From Salinarchaeum sp. (GTDB lineage Archaea > Halobacteriota > Halobacteria > Halobacteriales > SKNY01), in the NCBI GenBank assembly GCA_007123105.1, contig SKNY01000013.1:1-54465 (forward strand): 54,465 nucleotides of DNA, written 5' to 3'. Position numbers and translations under genes: made by a program. Positions 49,230 through 54,465 of this stretch are shown one piece after another (within the stretch, counting starts at the first letter, position 1; every line of letters starts with the position of its first letter). Under the pieces are notes generated by a model that made no database searches, had not been told where the DNA came from, and saw nothing but the letters and a program-made list of their open reading frames with translations.

Positions 49230-50285
49230 TTAGCGGATACTTTCGTACGGAATGCGAATGTCGTATGCGCCCGGGTATTCGACGGGAAGATCACCGTTTT
49301 CGATCATCAGCTCTAAGGGATTTGCGCGGGTGGTCAGTGGTGCCTTTACGACGCCGCGGATTCGAAGCGATTCGTAAATACTCATCATGAGTTCGACGGT
49401 CCCGATCGCGTGATGGCCCGCACATCGGTGGTCGTCAAGCTCGCCCTCCATCCATGCAATGAGGTCGGTCACGTGCGGGTCGCTGCTTTCACGACCGGAC
49501 GGTTCCTCGACGCGGTGGCCGTCCGCGTTCAACACCGTGAGGCCATCGCGCGGGATCAGTTGCCCTTCGGAGCCGAATATCTGCAGCGAGTTCGCATAGC
49601 TTGCGGTGTCCGGTCCGGGGAGGTCGCATTCGAACGCGAGGCGCGCTCCGTTTTCGAAGGCAACCTGGGCGGCACACCGATCCTCAATGGGCTCGCGGCG
49701 CTCGTGTCGATCGGTTTTCCGTTCGACCTGGCCAATGGTCCAGGCGATGTCGGGATCGCCGAGCACGTATTGAGCCTGATTGATGAGGTGCGTTCCCCAG
49801 TTCAACAGGCCAGCGTCTGTTCGGGCAAGTAGCACGCGAGGTGTGCCGATCGCACCCTCGGCAATCAATTCCCGTGCCCTGACGTTTTCTGGACGATAGC
49901 GCCGGCCGTGTTTGACCGTGAGCTTTGCGTCGTTGCGGTCGGCGGCATCCACCATGTCCTCTGCCTCCCCCAGGCTCGTACACATCGGCTTCTCACAGAT
50001 GATCCCGGGAACCCCCGCTTCCGCCACGTCGATCGTGATGGCCGCGTGTGTTCCGTGCCAGGTCGAGACTTGCACGATATCGAGGTCCTCGGTGGCAAGC
50101 ATCGCCTCATGTCCCTCGTAATGGGTGGGGACATCGAAATCCGCAGCGGCTTGTTCGGCTGCCGTGGGATTGATGTCCGATACGGCGACGAGGTCGATGT
50201 CCGGGTGTTCGACGAATCCAGTGGCCCGACGCCGGCCGATTTCGCCACATCCGATGAGGCCGACGCGGTATGTTTCTGATGGCAT
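49230..50285 (-). CDS. Gfo/Idh/MocA family oxidoreductase
   Basis: ORF trimmed to MPSETYRVGLIGCGEIG. It has the CEKPM motif. Confidence 0.85.
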   Translation of the reverse strand: MPSETYRVGLIGCGEIGRRRATGFVEHPDIDLVAVSDINPTAAEQAAADFDVPTHYEGHEAMLATEDLDIVQVSTWHGTHAAITIDVAEAGVPGIICEKPMCTSLGEAEDMVDAADRNDAKLTVKHGRRYRPENVRARELIAEGAIGTPRVLLARTDAGLLNWGTHLINQAQYVLGDPDIAWTIGQVERKTDRHERREPIEDRCAAQVAFENGARLAFECDLPGPDTASYANSLQIFGSEGQLIPRDGLTVLNADGHRVEEPSGRESSDPHVTDLIAWMEGELDDHRCAGHHAIGTVELMMSIYESLRIRGVVKAPLTTRANPLELMIENGDLPVEYPGAYDIRIPYESIR

Positions 50286-50532
50286 CCTCGCAGGTGGCGT
50301 GGGAACGAGCCACAAAAACGTTTGTCCAAACGGCAGATCGAAAACCTGCTGTCTATTTACCACTTTGTCATTCTGATTTCCTTCATGGATTCTGATTTAT
50401 TCTTGGGATGAGATACCGAATTGGAATAAGCTATTCGCAATCCCACCACTACCCCATACTATAACACCGGATTCTGCTGGTGGATTAATGTCTAGTAACA
50501 AACTAGATATGTCCTATTAATGAAGAAAAATC

Positions 50533-50561
50533 TTATTTATTCAATATAATTATTGTTCCCT
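50533..50561 (+). promoter_or_regulatory. TATA-like element plus a conserved 21-nt block directly abutting the ATG (probable leaderless promoter)
   Basis: TTATTTAT is centred about 25 nt upstream of the ATG at 50562. The block TCAATATAATTATTGTTC is repeated at identical spacing upstream of the paralogue at 52855. Confidence 0.45.
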
Positions 50562-52580
50562 ATGCCACGAGACGGCATCCGGGCGGAGTTGAACCGACGA
50601 CGATTCGTGCAAGCGACTGGACTCGGTGGCGTGGCCATTGCCGCCGGTTGTCTGGGTGATGATGAGATCGATCCAGATGATGTCGATGATGTCGACGACG
50701 TCGACGATGTTGACGACGCAGACGAAGTAGACGACGCCGATGATACGGATGTCGTGGATGATGTCGACGATGTCGACGATGTTGACGACGCGGTGCCAGA
50801 AATCCACGAGCTCCACGACGCTACCGTCCAATGGACAGTGAGTGGCGACCATCCGGCTGACCGTCAAGACAGCCCGTATTCGAGTTCTCCCTCGATCGAA
50901 CACAACGCATTTGGGACCGAGAATTGGAATTTGCTCGCGTCTTCGGTCTACGACCTGGAATTTTATGGCCAACTCGTATCGGATTGGGAATACCAACCGG
51001 GACTGCTCGAGTTCTCCTTTCATGATGACTTTTATTGGTGGAGCGGTGACCAGGTCACCGTTGAAGACTTTATCGTAGAGCGAGAGTTCCTCGATTATCA
51101 CTGGGGCGGGGAGGAGCTTGAGTCATGGGCCGAAGTGGTTACCTACGAACAGGTAGATGATAACAGGGTCCGGCTTGCGCTAGCAGACGCATGGCACGAA
51201 CGATGGGCGCTCAGCGAAACCATCGACAATTATCAACTGAACGCAAGTCGCCACTTCCATCAACCGTATATCGAAGAGTTCGAGGATGCCCCAGATCTTG
51301 CTGCGATTGAAGATCTTCGTGAAGAGATCGGAGACGAATTTCTCCGTGACGACGAAACCCTGGTTCACTGTTGGAACACGGACTGGGAATTCCGCTACGA
51401 TGGATCGATTGGCGAAGTCGGAGAGGATTACTACGAATTCGAAATGGTGCAGACCAAGAACGGGAACATCAGACACTTCCAGAATCCAGAGAATCACGAT
51501 ATCCTTCCAAATGTTGAACGTTTCCAGCTGTTAATCCGGGAGGAAGCTGGTGAGGTTCGGATGGACGGTTTTATGGAGGAAACCCACGCCTTCGCGTACG
51601 GGGAGAGCAATCCCGAGGCCGTCGAGATGCATCGCGATGGACAATTCGACTTCCCAACGGATCTCTTGATCTTCCCACGCCCGCCGAATGACCAGGGCGG
51701 GATGCAGTTCAATCACGAGACGCATCCGGGCGATGATCCGAATTTCCGACGGGCGATGGCATATCTCACCGACCATACTGCTTGGGACGGCCATCCCGAT
51801 GCCATCGCCGCCGAACGCATCCACACGTTCCTCTCGGAAGACGAACTCGAGGCGTTCGTCAGCGCGGACGTGATCGACGCATTCACCGATTACACCTATG
51901 ACGAGATGCGCTTCGACGAAGCGGAGGACGAACTCGTCGCGGGCGGATTCGAACAGGACGCGGACGGGCACTGGTTGATGCGTGAAGATGGCGCAGAGGG
52001 CGATGCCGGCGAACCGATGGACTTCACCGTCGATATTCGCGGCTTCATGATGTACGTCCTCGACCAAGCCACGGACTTTTGGGCGGACCTCGAAGGATTC
52101 GGCATCCAAAACGAGGTTGTTGGCGCAGATTTCGCGGCGGAGGATTGGACGTTTACGTATACCTACACTGGCGGCGGCAGCCCGGACCATGCGTTTAATC
52201 ACGTGTTCAACGACTTGGCGCCTGGATGGTCCCGGCGCGAGCAGAACATCCCCTCCACCGTACTCGCACCGGAGTTCGGTGATACGAACGATGCGGGGGC
52301 AGACATCGATACCTGGGTCGAATACGACGTCGGACCCATGGCCGATCGATTACCAGTGACGACGGATGCCGAACAATACCAGACGCTCGTCGATCAACTC
52401 GCTTGGGTCATTAACCAAGCGTGCAACCACTTCAGCACAGCACCTGTACAGCGCCACCACGTCCTCAATGATAACACGTGGCACTGGCCTGCCCTCTCTG
52501 AAACACCCGAGAGATACCACAACTTATTGATGGATCTCGGTCATCGCGTGATCCAGTACGTCCCCGAAGACGAGCGTTAA
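50562..52580 (+). CDS. Tat/lipobox substrate-binding lipoprotein, family-5-like
   Basis: ORF 50553..52580 trimmed to MPRDGIRAELNRRRFVQATGLGGVAIAAGC. It has an Asp-rich tether, MQFNHETHPGDDPNFRRAMAYLTD, and AEDELVAGGFEQDADG, which match the family-5 SBP pattern. Confidence 0.75.
   Translation: MPRDGIRAELNRRRFVQATGLGGVAIAAGCLGDDEIDPDDVDDVDDVDDVDDADEVDDADDTDVVDDVDDVDDVDDAVPEIHELHDATVQWTVSGDHPADRQDSPYSSSPSIEHNAFGTENWNLLASSVYDLEFYGQLVSDWEYQPGLLEFSFHDDFYWWSGDQVTVEDFIVEREFLDYHWGGEELESWAEVVTYEQVDDNRVRLALADAWHERWALSETIDNYQLNASRHFHQPYIEEFEDAPDLAAIEDLREEIGDEFLRDDETLVHCWNTDWEFRYDGSIGEVGEDYYEFEMVQTKNGNIRHFQNPENHDILPNVERFQLLIREEAGEVRMDGFMEETHAFAYGESNPEAVEMHRDGQFDFPTDLLIFPRPPNDQGGMQFNHETHPGDDPNFRRAMAYLTDHTAWDGHPDAIAAERIHTFLSEDELEAFVSADVIDAFTDYTYDEMRFDEAEDELVAGGFEQDADGHWLMREDGAEGDAGEPMDFTVDIRGFMMYVLDQATDFWADLEGFGIQNEVVGADFAAEDWTFTYTYTGGGSPDHAFNHVFNDLAPGWSRREQNIPSTVLAPEFGDTNDAGADIDTWVEYDVGPMADRLPVTTDAEQYQTLVDQLAWVINQACNHFSTAPVQRHHVLNDNTWHWPALSETPERYHNLLMDLGHRVIQYVPEDER
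50658..50789 (+). repeat. imperfect tandem GAY/GWN codon repeat encoding the (D-V/D-D)n tether
   Basis: GTCGACGATGTTGACGACGC occurs twice about 70 nt apart, within a run of GAT/GAC/GTC/GTT codons. Confidence 0.8.
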
Positions 52581-52823
52581 TCCGACCCAACCCTCTTTTG
52601 CTTTGATATTGGCATCTATGATCTATGCCACCAATACTCTTTGAACAATCATTCATGGAACCGGAAGCAGTTTCCGATACTACTTCCTCGACGTTTTTTA
52701 CAATTCCAGAATCTATCCAAGATTACGACCATAAAAGACGAGAAGGTGCGTACTTTTTTGCTGATCCCCCGGCCGAACACTCGTCTAGGTAATGACTAAA
52801 CATATCAGATTATCCTAAAAAAG

Positions 52824-52854
52824 TATTATTTAATCAATATAATTATTGTTCTCT
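52824..52854 (+). promoter_or_regulatory. paralogous copy of the leaderless-type promoter
   Basis: TATTATTTAA is followed by TCAATATAATTATTGTTC, with the block starting 21 nt before the ATG at 52855. The spacing is the same as at 50541/50562. Confidence 0.45.
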
Positions 52855-54465
52855 ATGCCTCGAGATGGCATCCGGGCGGAGTTGAACCGACGACGATTCG
52901 TGCAAGCGACTGGACTCGGCGGCGTGGCCTTCGCTGCCGGTTGTTTGGGCGATGATGAGATCGATCCCGACGATGACGTTGCTGACACCGACGACATCGA
53001 CGACGTAGATGACGTAGATGACGTTGACGACACCGATGACGTCGACGACACCGATGACGTCGACGACACCGATGATGACGACACACTGGAATTACCCGAA
53101 GTACAAGATGTCACTGTCTGGTGGTCAAAAGAACACGACCTCCCACCGGATCTCCAGTACAATCCGTACGCCGACGGGCCCACGCCGGCGAAAAACTCGT
53201 TTGGAACCGGGAACTGGACGCTGATTCACCGGTCAGTTTCGGACATGGACATCCACCCACTTGTCGTCGATGACTGGAGCTACGAACCTGGGCTCCTCGA
53301 ATTTAGCTTTCACGACGATTTCTTTTGGTGGAGTGGAAAACCAATTGGCGTCGACGATCTGATGGGTGAATTCGAGTTTCGAGATTACTTGTGGGGCGGA
53401 GACGAGCTGGATAATTATGAGAGTATCGTGACACGGAATCTGGTTGACGATGATACAGTCCGGCTCGCCCTGGCAGACGCGTGGCACGAGGGATGGGCAC
53501 TCAATGAAACCATTCTTGAGTATTCCTTGACGGCGAGTAATGATTACTACGAACCGTGGAACGAGCAATTCCGAGACGCTCCGGACCTCGACGCTATCGA
53601 AGAGCTCAGGGAGGATGTCGATGCCGACGTGGTCAACTCAGACGAACGGCTCGTACACTTCTGGAATAACGATATGGAGTTCCGTCTCGACAACTCCCTC
53701 GGCGAAGTCGGCGAGGACTACTACATCTTTGAACTCGTTCAGACAAAGAACGGCATCCCCCGACATTTCCAGAATCCGCAAAACCACGACTTCCTCCCGG
53801 ATGTGAAATACTTCCGGTTGGAAATCCGCACCGAGGGTGTCGGTGAACTTCGAATGGATCAGTTCATGGCGGGGCGTGATGCCTTCCTCTATGGTGAGTC
53901 TAATCCAGAAGGGGTCGACATGCACCTCGATGGCGAGTTCGATTTCGATACGGAACTGATGATTTTCCCACGTCCCCCGAACGACCAGGGCGGCATGCAG
54001 TTCAATCACGAATCCCATCCGGGCGATGATCCGAACTTCCGACGCGCGATGGCCTATCTCACCGACCATACTGCTTGGGAGGGCCATCCAGATGCCATCG
54101 CCGCCGAACGCATCCACACGTTCCTCTCGGAAGACGAACTCGAGACGTTCGTCAGCGCGGACGTGATCGACGCATTTACCGATTACACCTATGACGAGAT
54201 GCGCTTCGACGAAGCCGAGGACGAACTCGTCGCGGGCGGATTCGAACAGGACGGGGACGGAAACTGGTTGATGCGTGAAGATGGCGCTGAAGGGGATGCC
54301 GGCGAACCGATGGACTTCACCATCGACACCCCGAGCTTCATGCCTTACGTCCTCGATCAGGCCACGGATTGGTGGGCGGATCTCGAGGGATTTGGCATCC
54401 AGAACGAGGTTATCCACGACGGCTTCGGCATCGAGGACTGGACGTTCACGTACTCCTATACTGGC
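52855..54465 (+). CDS. second Tat/lipobox substrate-binding lipoprotein paralogue; 3' end beyond the window
   Basis: Absent from the ORF track because it has no stop in the window. My translation is MPRDGIRAELNRRRFVQATGLGGVAFAAGCLGDDEIDPDDD...MQFNHESHPGDDPNFRRAMAYLTD...WTFTYSYTG. The frame stays open for 537 codons to the window edge. Confidence 0.8.
   Translation, partial: MPRDGIRAELNRRRFVQATGLGGVAFAAGCLGDDEIDPDDDVADTDDIDDVDDVDDVDDTDDVDDTDDVDDTDDDDTLELPEVQDVTVWWSKEHDLPPDLQYNPYADGPTPAKNSFGTGNWTLIHRSVSDMDIHPLVVDDWSYEPGLLEFSFHDDFFWWSGKPIGVDDLMGEFEFRDYLWGGDELDNYESIVTRNLVDDDTVRLALADAWHEGWALNETILEYSLTASNDYYEPWNEQFRDAPDLDAIEELREDVDADVVNSDERLVHFWNNDMEFRLDNSLGEVGEDYYIFELVQTKNGIPRHFQNPQNHDFLPDVKYFRLEIRTEGVGELRMDQFMAGRDAFLYGESNPEGVDMHLDGEFDFDTELMIFPRPPNDQGGMQFNHESHPGDDPNFRRAMAYLTDHTAWEGHPDAIAAERIHTFLSEDELETFVSADVIDAFTDYTYDEMRFDEAEDELVAGGFEQDGDGNWLMREDGAEGDAGEPMDFTIDTPSFMPYVLDQATDWWADLEGFGIQNEVIHDGFGIEDWTFTYSYTG
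52951..53082 (+). repeat. tandem repeats encoding the Asp-rich tether (9-nt GACGTAGAT x2; 18-nt GACGACACCGATGACGTC x2 plus one imperfect copy)
   Basis: Read directly at 53002..53019 and 53026..53079. Confidence 0.85.

Noticed and set aside
50286-50561. AT-rich spacers considered as a possible replication origin
   Set aside because: There is no adjacent orc1/cdc6 gene and no ORB-type repeats (the GTTCCAGTGGAAAC-like motif is absent). The AT-rich tracts are adequately explained as divergent or leaderless promoters.
50658-50789. Periodic short repeats that might at first glance suggest a CRISPR-like or minisatellite array (also 52951-53082)
   Set aside because: The repeats are in frame inside the lipoprotein genes and encode Asp-rich tethers. 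The units are 6-18 nt with no spacers, and no cas genes are present.

Overview
This 54.5 kb window is high-GC and densely packed, and it reads as a haloarchaeal (class Halobacteria) chromosome. The evidence is strongly acidic predicted proteins, archaeal information-processing genes, Tat/lipobox lipoproteins with Asp-rich tethers, and TATA-like elements about 25-30 nt upstream of many ATGs, which suggests leaderless mRNAs.

Positions 1-45.8 kb are mostly core genome:
- Replication and repair: PCNA, PriL, Hjc.
- Transcription: TBP.
- Translation: aIF5B, SUI1, aIF2-alpha, EF-2, ribosomal proteins L44e, S27e, S7 and S12, Nop10, an initiator tRNA-Met, and RlmE and Trm11-like methyltransferases.
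- Proteolysis: PAN, a PAC2 chaperone, and a small HslV/proteasome-beta-like gene.
- Scattered histidine biosynthesis genes: hisG, hisB, hisA.
- SAM recycling: ahcY next to a deaminase.
- Also cofE, sepF, RNase R, a MoxR-DUF58-transglutaminase operon, and a five-gene Opp/Dpp-type ABC importer with unusual extensions.

From 45.8 kb to the window end the character changes to an accessory-looking locus. It holds two Gfo/Idh/MocA plus xylose-isomerase-like TIM-barrel pairs, a third TIM barrel, a creatininase-family hydrolase, AT-rich spacers, and two tandem mosaic family-5 binding-lipoprotein paralogues. This locus sits where archaeal genomes normally have nusA and the RNA polymerase operon upstream of rps12. 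It is my best candidate for an uncharacterised system, possibly an oxidative keto-sugar-type glycoside or cyclitol utilisation locus.

I found no CRISPR array, transposase, integrase or rRNA gene. All calls rest on reading the sequence and the ORF track and on motif recognition. No database search was run.
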